Shown: positions 39,211 to 51,750 of the stretch, piece by piece
Layout: each line of letters starts with the position of its first letter
Position numbering within the stretch: position 1 is the stretch's first letter
Source of the DNA: Ylistrum balloti
Taxonomy: Eukaryota
DNA length: 64,000 bases
Assembly: GCF_031769215.1 (NCBI RefSeq)
Contig: NW_026782205.1
Location: forward strand, 868,001 to 932,000
Direction: 5' to 3'
The notes under the pieces: model-generated
The model's input: only the letters and a program-made list of their open reading frames with translations
The model's database searches: none
Told to the model about the DNA's origin: nothing
Program-made: the position numbers and the translations under genes

Positions 39211-41443
39211 CCTAACCACAAAACACATAAAACAAAACACCTCCTCTAAAACATTAACCTCACATGACAAAACAATAACCCGTACCACAAATTATTAAAC
39301 ACAATTTCTATACCAAAAACACTCCCCGAAAACAACTTTCTTGGACACAACGTTACGACAAAGGTCAATAATTCTGTGATGAAAGAGTTTCAGGCACTTA
39401 ATTTTGTATACTGTATAAAGTTGTGCCATGAATACATAATTTTAACAAAGGGCACTAACTCTTGAATCATGGTGTTGCAGCCCCTGTCTTTAGTACCTTG
39501 CACATCCTACAACTATGACCAATGTGTACACTACGTTCCATTATCCTAAATTTAAAGCAAGTACAGAAATGCTCCAGATACGAAAGGACGGATGGAAAAT
39601 TTTCGCGGGGCATAAAAATATCGACCCTACTGAAAAAAAACTGACCATACTTACAAAATATTGACAATATTAAGAAAATATCGACCCTTCTTACAAGACA
39701 CAACCCATATTGACAAAATATCGACCCTCCTAAAAAACTACACACTGGCATTGTCCATAATATATAGATCTTATAAAACATTTCATCTGTCCATGATATG
39801 TTTCCACCAGAGAACTTTAAGGTAATACCGTCAATGATCTTTGTGATCTACACGGTTTTCTCTATTGCACATGCCACTGGCCAATGACCTCTGACCTCCC
39901 TCAGAGTCTAGATAGGCAACTCTATCTATCCCCAACGTCAGGTTTTCAACTTAAGAGGGTCTCACAGGTGTGCCGGTAAAAATTACCCCTTCAAATGTAA
40001 AACCATCACCGTGGCAAATAAATTCTGCCCGCTTGCAGTCTTACATCAAGGATGACAGGAGTCCAAAATAACCGAAACTGGATAGGTGTGGCAACGGATC
40101 AAGTCCGATACATCCAACAAAACACTAAGATCTATTTTACCTCGGATTAATAAAAACAGTTTTGTGTATCTCCACGCGCTTCTCATGTGTGCTACAGTGT
40201 ACTTTGAAGTTGTTCTCATGGAAATGAATTAAGAAGTAATGAGAATGCATTAAAATAAACTTATTTTAACAAAAAATCCTTTTATGAAGATTGTATTTAA
40301 AAAAATATTTGAAGTGTATTCCATCCATTGGATGTTATTCAATTCGGTATCTTCCGAAGCGTTCAAAAGGTCAGTGTTTTGTGCACTTCTTTTTAGTATT
40401 ACGTAAACAATTTGTGGTCACTATTGATTGGCTAAGCGACAGACCGACAAGTCTTTTACACAGAAAACCTCTTCCAATACAACATCGTATAATGCGTCGA
40501 AACACGTTTTGCACGCACATTGGGGTATTTTTGATTGGCTTGAATTTCCTTAGACAAACCTACAATGTGATCTCGCGAGATTGCACGGCCGATACAGCCA
40601 AAGGTTTCCGGTATCTCTATATCAAAGTAATAATTGCCCCCGATAGGTTTACATCATTGGCTAATTGTGAGTTGTTATCAGTTGAGTAGCCATCAGAGGT
40701 ATAACATTTTTGTAATCTAGTCAACTCGTCAATTACAGGTCTGGTAGAGAGGTTGTAGGTGGATAACATGGAAGTTTATCGGGAGGTATAGCCGCACTTC
40801 TACGGCTTATAATATTGTTTGTTTTCTCTAGACGCCGTCCAATGTGAAGTATATTTGATTGCGATTCGCTAAGTAAAGATAATGTATCAAGGGCACATAT
40901 CATCAAAAGAGGGAGTACTAGCTGTTGGTGAGACTAAGGTAAATAGATAAACAATTGGGAAGTGGGGGTGTAGTAGGAAGCAGAACCCCTATAACTGATA
41001 ACAGATATAAACACTGTTTCTTATGTCGTTCCATAAGGTAGTATATATATATTATGACGTCATAACAAGGTAAGTATTATATCTGACAACGGGACGTCTT
41101 TAACATGGGCACATTATTAATACAAGATCTGACCGGAAAGCTCTCATCTTACACAAGCATATCTAATGCAATATCTGACACCATCTCATCTGACTCAATC
41201 ATAATTCGCAATATCTGACACCGGAAGTCTTAGTGTCTCGTCTGTAACAAGAATGAACCAAACAATATCTGACACCGGAAGTGACTCTACTTCTCTTGAT
41301 GACGTCATATAAGTTTGTGTGTGTTTCTGACACGGGAAGTGTTGATGTTGCATCTGGTTCTAGCGGGGGAAAGTATTGTATTCTATACCCGAAGAGTTTA
41401 AAACATTTGACACAAGATGTAATGGTGCCCTAGTTCTACATAC

Positions 41444-41573
41444 CTGCATAAGTCGTCCAAAGATTTCCAATTCAACCGTTTCAGAAATCGACTAGTAGTA
41501 TTCATGACGTCATGAAAGCAACGTTCAGAGTAACTTCCGTGTGACATATAGCAGCTCATATGACGAGCGTACA
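41444..41573 (-). CDS. Cys-rich secreted/anchored protein gene, exon 4
   Basis: TTTTACTTACAG|TG...TGCAG|GTATGT, 130 nt (phase 1 in, 2 out). Encodes (V)YARHMSCYMSHGSYSERCFHDVMNTTSRFLKRLNWKSLDDLC(S). Confidence 0.88.
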
Positions 41574-42452
41574 CTGTAAGTAAAAATACGATATTTGAAG
41601 AACAAACGAAACGAAACAAAAAAGACAGAAAATACCAACATATCAACGGAATCATAATTCGAACTCAATTAAAACATTACTAGAAAAAAAGAAAAAAAAT
41701 TACTCTGAGATTCCTGAAAAAAGTGTCAGAAGAATAAGACCAGGTGTTGCGGAAAAACAGGCGTAATCTGCTTATCAACACCCGTTGCGTAAATCTTGAT
41801 CAATCCAAGTAGGTAATGTCATGTTCTCAAATGAGAACAAGGTATACAAAGTAAAGAAGTCAACATCATATACAAGAAACATAATCATGTCAAGTACATA
41901 AAGGTCAAGGTCATTGACAAGCACAGAAGACTAGTGAGATAAGATTCTGTAGAAAGTTGTTCCATCTATAATACAAGTAGGTAAATAATTGTTTGTATAT
42001 ACATTGATGAGATAATAGGAAATTGATTAACACGTAAGTGGTCGGCACCAACAGAACTACCTATAATACAATGTGTATTCCTTCGCGGGAGCTAGTATGT
42101 TCCTGTACGTGTAAGACCTCGGAGATAGAAATCTAACATCCCGTCACAGTGCATAACTTACATTCTCATTCAATCCTACAGGTTTGTTTACGCGTGCATT
42201 AGATAAATAGCCGGCAACACTCTGAGATAGACGTAGTAATACGAGGAATGAATGGAACCCATCTCCCCTTACAGCTGATAATATCTGTTTCTTTTTCCCC
42301 CTAGAACGCCAGCATCATTACGAAGCCGCATATATATATATAATACACTTAGGAATGTTTTGTAAACTACTACATAACAAATACATCAACACGTTAAAAG
42401 TTATACCGGAAGTTAGAAATGTCCTTGACCTTTTTTTGTTACAGTATGTTAC

Positions 42453-42601
42453 CTTCGTATATGTCGTCGTTCTTGCACATGAAGGACAGTTCGTCCGTGG
42501 CGCCATTAAGGTTGATTAGAGGACCTTCGATCACGTGATGGTGGTCTTTCCCACACTCAGTCCTCAGCTGGTTAATACACGTCATAGCGGACAAGTATGC
42601 A
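42453..42601 (-). CDS. Cys-rich secreted/anchored protein gene, exon 3
   Basis: GTGTTTTGCAG|T...GAAG|GTAACA, 149 nt (phase 2 in, 1 out). Encodes AYLSAMTCINQLRTECGKDHHHVIEGPLINLNGATDELSFMCKNDDIYE. Confidence 0.88.
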
Positions 42602-43446
42602 CTGCAAAACACAAACAAAACTGGTATGGACTTTTGAAGAGGTCAATACATGGTTTGAAGAAATACAGAACTTGATATTAACCTATACGTTTTATCCATA
42701 AACAGGATACCATGGTAGTTTAAAATATCAGCTTATTATTGTTCAAATAAGACATAATATCACAGAATCAATGGTAACATCCACCACTTTGTGTGGATAT
42801 TTTTTATAATGACCAATGGTACTTTAGCAAAAATATCTCTGACAAGAAAGAGAAAAAATATGTTTCCAAATTGAACAGTCAGGAAGACAATTTAATCAAC
42901 TGCATAATTGAAAACGTTGTTGTAAACAAACGTTATTTGATGCGAGCAGAAAACATTAAAATTGCGTTGAATAGTCAATTTAGAGTGATTGACAGCATTC
43001 CTATGTTACTAAACATGAAATCATTTGATTATGGTGTCAAAGACTCCTAAAATCAATCGTCTAATGTTGCTACAGAAACATTATCGTCATATTAGGGACT
43101 TTGAGAATATGACGAAAAAAAAATATAAGATTGTTTTTCCATTGTTTACAATAACATAATTCGATTGACAGTGTTAAATGTTTTCACAAACATAAACTGG
43201 TTCTTGTGTTGTTGGTGGTCACTACAAAATACATAAAGGGTGTTACACCAAATTCCATCGAGACAGTTTGTAGTCTCCAAAGTTTGCCTTAACATGCACA
43301 GTACGTCATTCGAATAGTGGATACACATATACTTTACGTTCTACTAGAATTATCAGATATTTGAAAATCCAGAAATGGGTTACATTATGAAGCTAATGCA
43401 GTTCCCATCGAGATCTTTCGTTCAATCATTGATTTGCTTCAATCGC

Positions 43447-43541
43447 CTCCTACGTTTCAAAATCAAAGTCCTTTGCATCACCAAGAAGGACGAAACAGCT
43501 GTATGACGCCGTTCAATTCATTATTTGACTTAATTGTATCT
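43447..43541 (+). mobile_element. Single-copy relative of the hammerhead-array element, with the catalytic core deleted
   Basis: CTCCTACGTTTCAAAAT...GCATCAC|CAAGAAGGACGAAACAGCTGTATGA...GTTCAATTCATTATTTGAC...TGTATCT aligns with both flanks and one unit of 7944-8407. The 9 nt TGACGAGTC are missing. Confidence 0.8.
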
Positions 43542-44646
43542 AATAATAATTTTTTATTCAAGGTGATATTTACTTGAAATACAGCCCTAACTGATTATTT
43601 GAGCAGGAACAGACCTGCTGACGTTTAACACGTCCATGCTCACTCGAGTACCGACTGTAACATGTACAGAGTAACGCTATCATAACTCATCCCGTATATA
43701 ACACCGATACAGATGTTGGTTATGATCCGTGAACAAGCTAACACAGTCATGTGGAGGCTACATTTCATCATCTGTGCTATTTCGGTGAGATGGATGCATC
43801 CAAATAACGGTACCGTCAAGTTTGGTAAATGAATAATTTCTACGTGGCAGGTAATATAAGTGTTATCGATGTAAACCGTATTCACGCTAAAGTCTGGCCG
43901 AGTCTGAATATTAAACTGATTTGAACCTTTTTAAGGTTGGCCTTTTCAGTGGTATTGCCAATGGACAGTCTTAATTGGGTCTAGATTTTGTTAAGGTATA
44001 TGCAAACATTCGACAATTTTGGTATTCAAAATGTTCTTTCTTTTGAAAATTACCCGGCATGCCTCAGTGGTCGTATGTGCAGTAACAGGACGTTCTAATA
44101 TGCCAATGTATAGTTTACTTTAATTACTTTTAATGCCAATTTATTCCCACAACACTGTTCATCTTGAAAAACCAAAATTAGTACTGTCTATAATACCATA
44201 CAGATAAGGATACTGCAGTAAATCCCACAGAATTACTGACAATGACAGGAAGAAATATGAACTGGCAACACAGCCTTATCCATGTAAGACAACCATGCTC
44301 TCTACATATACTTAAATCTGATGTTTATAGTCCCCTCTCGTGAGAAATGTGGCGTCCTCCATCACAAAGAAAATTCTTATAATATTATAGTCGCGAATAC
44401 ACCGATAAAAGAACATGATTATTTTGCTATTCAACAAACTTTTTGTAATCGTGTCACATGTGCGACGGTGCCATAAGGAAGCTCCACCGCTCGATAGCCG
44501 TAGCTTGATGAAAAGATTACGATATTCAAGATAAAATACATAATAAAATGTTATAGGCGTTTAAATTCACTAAGACGGATGTTCCTGCAAATTTTAAAAC
44601 TTGGTCTTTGTTTTCAGATACCTCCAGGTGTGAAACTCGGACTTAC

Positions 44647-44800
44647 CTGCAGAATGCTCTTAGCAGTTCGACGTCAACTCCCGAGAACAACGTTCGCTGA
44701 CTTTTCTGCATGTTAAGAAACTGGGTATTGTAATCACCGAAACATGAGAAGGAATGCATCTTGAGTTTACTCGGACACAGTCCGTCCGTAACACAGAACA
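44647..44800 (-). CDS. Cys-rich secreted/anchored protein gene, exon 2
   Basis: TTTTATTTTTTCAG|TG...TGCAG|GTAAGT, 154 nt (phase 1 in, 2 out). Encodes FCVTDGLCPSKLKMHSFSCFGDYNTQFLNMQKSQRTLFSGVDVELLRAFC. Confidence 0.88.
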
Positions 44801-45610
44801 CTGAAAAAATAAAACGATAACGTATGAACGGACGACTGCAAGAAAAAAGGATGACCTATAAATGGTTAAGGAAGTGATAAGTAAAACGAAAGAAAGGTAG
44901 CGTTACTTCAGACTACAACGACGAACAACAGACAAATTTTGTCTGTCCAGACGTACATGTACGGAGTAAAGCAGCAGAAAGAAGCTATTCATATCGGAAA
45001 ACATTTGTCCGTTCGTCCCTTCAGACGATGATCGACCCTATTGTTAACATAAGGGCATATGAGAGCGATATATTCCTAGTCTTGTTTGACGTGACTACCA
45101 AAAATAGCACATTAGATGATTTTATAAGTAGCCAGAATGATTTCAAGCAGGTAAGATCATCCCTTAAGTAAATATACAGATAATATCAATCATGTTACAA
45201 AAATACTCCTAGACTTAGATTAAGTGTTACACATTCAATTCTATACAGGCTTGTGCTGCTTCTCATCGTTCATGATAAGGAAATTTCAATTCTGTCGGGT
45301 ATTTTTTCAGTTTATTCCACTAATACCGGTAAAACATCTTTGATTACCCCCCACACAGACTGTGATATACCGCCTGTATAGGGGTAATACTACCACGAAT
45401 AATTCACATCGCAAACTCCTAACGATCAATTCTTCTGAGTCGCCATCTTATCTACAAGTAAAAACGTTATCTGTCAAAGCCCAAAAATTTAATCTTGTCT
45501 TTGATGATGTTTGTGAAGATATAATCTACAGTGTTTATAGATAACAAGGGTATATATATATATTGAAAATATGGTAAATTCTCCGTGTCCAGAAAGCATA
45601 TAAAAACTTT

Positions 45611-45692
45611 AAAAACTGGAAAACACGATGAGCTGTCAAACATAAGCGCTTTCATTTCTTCTTCAGATGAAAACCGTGTTTTCCAGTTTTTT
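45611..45692 (-). ncRNA. Candidate minimal type I hammerhead ribozyme (second family, PLE-LTR-like context)
   Basis: Minus strand: AAAAACTGGAAAACACG-gtttt-CAT-CTGAAGA-agaaat-GAAA-GCGC-TT-ATG-tttgacagctcat-CGTGTTTTCCAGTTTTT. Core CUGAAGA/GAAA, palindromic AAGCGCTT stem III, 3-bp proximal stem I plus a 17-bp distal helix. Stem II is reduced to A-GAAA-U. A TATATATATAAA lies just upstream. Confidence 0.5.
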
Positions 45693-47227
45693 AAGTTTAT
45701 ATATATATCCGGTAGTACATTGAACGTAACATGCTTTTTTCAAGTGATTAGACTGTAATTTAAGCCACGCCATTTCTATAACTAACTGGTCATCATTTAT
45801 AAAGAGGTTGTACTGATAAATAACGGGTAATACTTATTGATGCAGAAAAATACTGTAAAATTACTCATTTTCGTGGAGTGAGGTGGGAATGCTGACTTCG
45901 AAGATATACAACATATGTAGATTACTAGCTTTATTGGGCCATATTCAGCCACGAAAGATGTCCATGAAATTATCTGTTACAAATCACCTAAAATATAAAC
46001 CCCACATAGATTTTACAATACAAAAAATTCTGCTCCCGTATACCAATGTGACACTTTATGAATATGCTTCAAGATACTGCTCATAGTGCATTGTAACGTC
46101 ACTTCCGGTTGATACTTAATCACTTTACCATAGATCGATGGTGCCAGTGATGGATGCTTGTTGTCTGTGATGTTGGCAAAATGTTGTTACAACTAGAATT
46201 GTAATGACTAAACAAGCTGTTTATTGTACACAAACATTCTACACGACTTGCAGTTTAGTGACGTATCTTTAGGAACCTATGTAATTGGAAAGTACGTCGG
46301 GAGGAACAATATTAATCAAATCCTTTTTGTCCATGTTTTTTTTTATCTCTAACGTCTTTCAACGAATCGCAAACATTTTCTTATTGATGTATTGCCTTGA
46401 ATTTTACACGTGCTTCGTAACATGTCCTAACGTACGTGTAAGGCCACTGATAACGTTTACCCTTGTGGCCAGGGCTTAACAACGACATCTTGGTATGGTG
46501 ATTATTAGTGATGACAGATGTAGAAATTTGCTGTCGACATTGTAAATAAATGTAGCGCAAGTGTTGCTTGTTGAGTTTGGGTAAGGGAATGCAGACGGGT
46601 TCGAGGAGACGTCTAGTTCCGAATCAGACATAGGCCAAACTGCCCGTCAGCGCCATGAGATAACACGAAGTAATTGGAACAGTAAAGTCCATTACGGAGC
46701 TTCCATCCTCAACAGCCTCGCTTGGGCAGTTACCTCGTACCAATAGGCAGACATATACATGTCTCCATGTGTCTACAACAGCTATCAACGAGTCTGCGAC
46801 AAAACATACATCTATTGCTCCCAGCAATCGTTTGTCGTGAGTAAAATACTGGACGGAGCCAGAAAAATATGCAGAATTCAGAAATAATGTGCTTTCTGTA
46901 AGACCTAGTTCGGGAGACAAGTAATTTTGAGTTTTTGTATCTATATATGGAATAGAATAAAAAACTCATAGATAACTGTACAATGCATTAGGTTCTTATT
47001 AGATAAAAACCGCTGTACTTTTATCTAATTACGGGAAAGGTCGTCTCTGCACTGAAGCTATTTATACAGTTTTGTTCTATAAACACTTATGTTCTTTGTT
47101 CTATAAACACTTATGTTCTTTGTTAAATTAGCTGTGGAACAAGTATCGTATTAGGGGTAGAAATGGTGAATTAAGGCAAAATGGTCGTGTCTAGCGTGAT
47201 TAGCTCGGCAAACCTTTTATATTTCTA

Positions 47228-48117
47228 CGTATGTATGAGGCTACATCCTGAAGTAATGGAGTACAGGATTGTAACCATGTATGTGTGAGAGCTACATCCT
47301 GAAGTAATGGAGTACAGGATTGTAACCATGTATGTGTGAAAGCTACATCCTGAAGTAATGGAGCACAGGATTGTAACCATGTATGTGTGAGGGTACATCC
47401 TGAAGTAATGAAGTACAGGATTGTAACCAGCCATGTATGTGTGAGGGTACATCCTGAAGTAATGGAGCACATGATTGTAACCATGTATGTGTGAGGCTAC
47501 ATCCTGAAGTAATGGAATACAGGATGGTAACCAGCCATGTATGTGTGAGGCTACATCCTGAAGTAATGGAGCACAGGATTTTAACCATGTATGTGTGAGG
47601 CTACATCCTGAAGTAATGGAGTACAGGATGGTAACCAGCCATGTATGTGTGAGAGCTACATCCTGAAGTAATGGAGTACAGGATTGTAACCAGCCATGTA
47701 TGTGTGAGGCTACATCCTGAAGTAATGGAGTACAGGATTTTAACCATGTATGTGTGAGGCTACATCCTGAAGTAATGGAGTACAGGATGGTAACCAGCCA
47801 TGTATGTGTGAGGGTACATCCTGAAGTAATGGAGTACAGGATTGTAACCAGCCATGTATGTGTGAGGCTACATCCTGAAGTAATGGAGTACAGGATTGTA
47901 ACCATGTATGTGTGAGGCTACATCCTGAAGTAATGGAGTACAGGATGGTTACCAGCCATGTATGTGTGAGGCTACATCCTGAAGTAATGGAGTACAGGAT
48001 TGTAACCAGCCATGTATGTGTGAGGCTACATCCTGAAGTAATGAAATACAGGATTGTAACCAGCCATGTATGTGTGAGGCTACATCCTGAAGTAATGGAG
48101 TACAGGATTGTAACCTG
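47228..48117. repeat. 50/54-bp tandem minisatellite, about 17 copies
   Basis: Unit ATGTATGTGTGAGGCTACATCCTGAAGTAATGGAGTACAGGATTGTAACC(AGCC). Lies in intron 1. Confidence 0.96.
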
Positions 48118-51100
48118 TCATGAGATGTACATATATCCTTTAAATTCTGAAAAAAAAGATTAATGCTGTTTCACTAATCGCAATGGATTGGACATTCAAA
48201 GTGGCGTAGCAAATGTTTTTTAGGAGTGTATGCTTTCAAAAGAACGTCCAGGGGTGAAGCCCCGGTGGGAGGGTCTGGGGGCGAAGCCCTCCTGAAGCTG
48301 ACGTGTATTAGCTGATTAGAAATACCTTTTCTATTTACACCAACACATTTTATTCAACATAAATGACAAAATGCAGTAATTTATTTGTTAACAATAATCG
48401 CTGTTTCCAGCGTATGGTTACGCATACAAGCATTATCGCTACGTCACTGATTTGTCTATTTCCAATACGGCTGAGGATTCATTCCCAATTGGTGCTGATT
48501 CATTTGGGATAACGGGGGCGATCAATACAAGATTATCAAACGTGTTTCTTAATTGTAGAACAAAACATTTAATTTCAGTCTTAATTCTACACCATTTTAA
48601 AATCTAACCTCTAATTCTCTGGGTCTTAAATTTCGATTTCACTATTGATTCAAAACAATACAATACAATCATCGATCGTCCACCGTGCTTGGTTAGCCCG
48701 TTATAAACAGCCAGATTCTGACCTTTCTCGCTTTAAGCTGTAAACCGTTTTAAAACAGTTGGTTTTAAGTGTTTAGTCAAAACTTAAGCACGAACTTCAA
48801 GTTGTGGTGACGATTCTTACACTCTGTCATGTCGACACGTGTCACAAAGATGGATGGCGACCCCACCTCGCATCGTCTTGGCAACAAATTAGACCAGGCT
48901 TAATCGAGTGTTAATTAAGCTCGAGATACACCCACGAAATACCATTGTCTAACCTTTAGAATGCAGTTGTATAATTCATCATGTAAACAAAGCGTGTCAA
49001 GGGAGCATCGTCGGTATCGTCATACGGGTCAAGGTCACCAGTTAAAAATAGATACTAAGAGCCGAAAACCGTAAACACTCGTGGATTTCACAAAGATAAA
49101 TCACTCTGACGTAAAACCACTTGACAAAGCCACGGACAGCAATTATCATTTTCGAGGTAAAATAATGAATTCCCATTATGAAACGGGACACTATAAATAT
49201 GTGATCTCTATGGCTACTGATGCAAACCCAACAACAATTCCTGCAGTTCCATCAGAGAAACATGACCTAATCCGCTATTTATCATTGATATGTCTGAAAA
49301 TATGTCCTTGTTGTGTAAGTGATCACAGACAGTAGCGCATCATACCAGACGACCTGTCATACCTGTTATTTTAGTACGCTGTTACAGACATTGAGTCCAC
49401 TGACCTACTAATGTGCATGGAGACCTATACGACATATCGATCGGACGATCAGAAGTTGGACACAGTATTCGTTACCAGACTCCGCTACCACGAGTATATA
49501 ATGTACTGATTAGACAAAAGACATTTACAATAAATAACAGGAAATCCACGCAAATCAGCAGGCACAAACAAGACTGATGTATACATTTAACCGTATTAAC
49601 GTTTTCAAGCATTTTCTTTCCTCGGGACAAAAATTTTGATTTTGCACTTAAAAGTTAGTAGGAATCCGATTTTCTATTTTAGTACAGTATCTTTGACTCT
49701 TAGTTTAAAGAGTACTTATTTTCAAAAGTAATAAGTCTTAGAACCTAAGTATCTGTGCTCACGCGCACTTTTAATTTACAGATTCATTGAATAAAGTTAA
49801 AAGTTTCTTCGGTAGACGTGGACAAAATGACTGCATGCAAGAAGGACGTAGCAGAGGACAAACAACGCGCCCAGTGTTATCACTTCAGACCATCCACTGA
49901 TTGTAGGACATTTTCCTGTAAAATCACCGTGTAACGAAAGTCTGCTGCTCCCTGGTAATACTATACATGGCAGCGGTGGAAGTTCTGCCGCTAAACTCAG
50001 CACCATGTATATCACCCGATACGTATGATCTTTATAATACATAAACTCTCTTACTCCAACAAAATGTACATTTCACAAGAACTATGACAGGTGGAAATGA
50101 CTAAAAATGAAATATCACCCTCGCGATAACTAATCTCTATGATAAAAAATTCAATTTCGTCTGAATGGGTTATTTTGATCCAGTGCCCTGTCGTGTCGAT
50201 AGTCTCGGCTTAGTGTTGCCTGTCGCGCGTGCATGTTACCGCCATCTTTTACAGGTTACATATGTTTAGAACCTTCCAAAGACACCATTACTCGTAAACG
50301 CTCCCGCGGGATGACTTTTACATTCTGAGGTTTGATGGAATTAAGATAGTGCGCGTTATATGGCGCGGAAAAAGTAGATTCCATCCTTCTACACTACATA
50401 GATCATGTCTGTGTTTGACATGCCCAATCTCAAACGTTGTCAAAAGCATACGTCTCTCTGACAGGACGTCCGCTCTAATCCACAACCTCTTCCTCACTTC
50501 TGTACATAATACAATACCAAGTCGATAGTTATTGGCAATAAATTTTGTTAAACATCCTCAGGAAAAAAAAAAGATTTTCTGAAAGCGATTTTAAAAAAGA
50601 GGACCCCGTCTTGGAATTACTTCACGAGAAATGGCACACCAAGTGCCCTTTCGACCATGTAATATGAAATACTAATTTGGGCACATATCATGCATGGTAC
50701 TATTACTATTATGTAAGTCAAGTGACCAAAATCATTTTTCAATTTATAATTGATGTAAAATATAAAATTTCGTAATAATGAATAATCGATTAGATTTCTT
50801 ACTTTTTACAAGTGTGCTTACTGATGACATGAAATCAAACTGCATTGTTGAAATTTTATGTTACTTTCAAAACTTAATTGCTTCAAAAATATCTCTTGAT
50901 ACATTTTTGCTGATGACCAATATTAACCAGAAGACATACAGTCTTACAATTCTAAGAACCAATCGATCAATTTCTTTTACAAAACCAATCTCAAATCAAA
51001 CTATGAGGTCAGTTCATGATTTCTAACCTTTGACCTCTGAGAAGTAAATTGACTTCTGGCGATCCCATGTTCTTGATTATGTCAATTTCATACATTACTG

Positions 51101-51288
51101 TAAGAAGATATGAGTAGTTTATTGTCAGAGTTTCAAAAATTATGCGAGATAACACTTAAATGTAATTGTAAGATCTTACCAAATATCATTTCATATGTAT
51201 ACCTATCACGTGCACATGTTCCATTTCATACCAAATATGTGCTATATCATAAGTTACCTGTTTAAGAAAATAGTTCTATACAACTTAC

Positions 51289-51373
51289 CTGATAAAACAG
51301 TAAGTATTTGAATTACATATCCAAATAGGTACGTCCGATACCAGGATTGATCAAGTTCTTTTGAATCTTTCAT
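51289..51373 (-). CDS. Cys-rich secreted/anchored protein gene, exon 1 (signal peptide)
   Basis: AAAATG start; MKDSKELDQSWYRTYLFGYVIQILTVLS then G|GTAAGT (phase 1, joins TG of exon 2 to give Val). The six exons sum to 861 nt, or 286 aa plus stop, with no frame conflict. Confidence 0.65.
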
Positions 51374-51399
51374 TTTGAATCATTTCCTTTCAGTAATGC

Positions 51400-51750
51400 T
51401 AGAGAGTATCGTACGGTCCGGTAACTAAGCGTGTGGGGCCAGCACGCGCCCTCGTCGTTATGGCAGATGTAACAGTAAGAACCGGAGCCGGGCCGTACGT
51501 CAGGTGCTGGTGACACGTAGCGGTAATATAACAGATTCCTTGGTACGGTCCGCCTAGGTAGGCAGGCAGTAGGAACCCTAATGCGTTTTACTCAAAATAA
51601 ACAGCTAACGAAATATGAGCGAATCTTTTTCTATACGGCCCGGCTGATTGCTCGAGAAAGATAAATGACCGGTGATATTGGTAGACAATTACGAAGACTC
51701 ATCGGAGCAGGGCCGATAGACCAAATAAATACTGGCAGCCGAGAGGTGTT
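51400..51750 (-). promoter_or_regulatory. GC/CpG-enriched putative promoter of the Cys-rich gene
   Basis: Locally GC/CpG-rich island directly upstream of exon 1, with a TATAGAAAAA-like motif on the minus strand near 51630. Confidence 0.35.

Noticed and set aside
47200-48163. Repeat ORFs, and a hammerhead-like look of the 50/54-bp unit (CTGAAG inside a CATCCTG/CAGGAT hairpin)
   Set aside because: The core reads CTGAAGT rather than CUGANGA and there is no GAAA. It is an ordinary hairpin-containing minisatellite.
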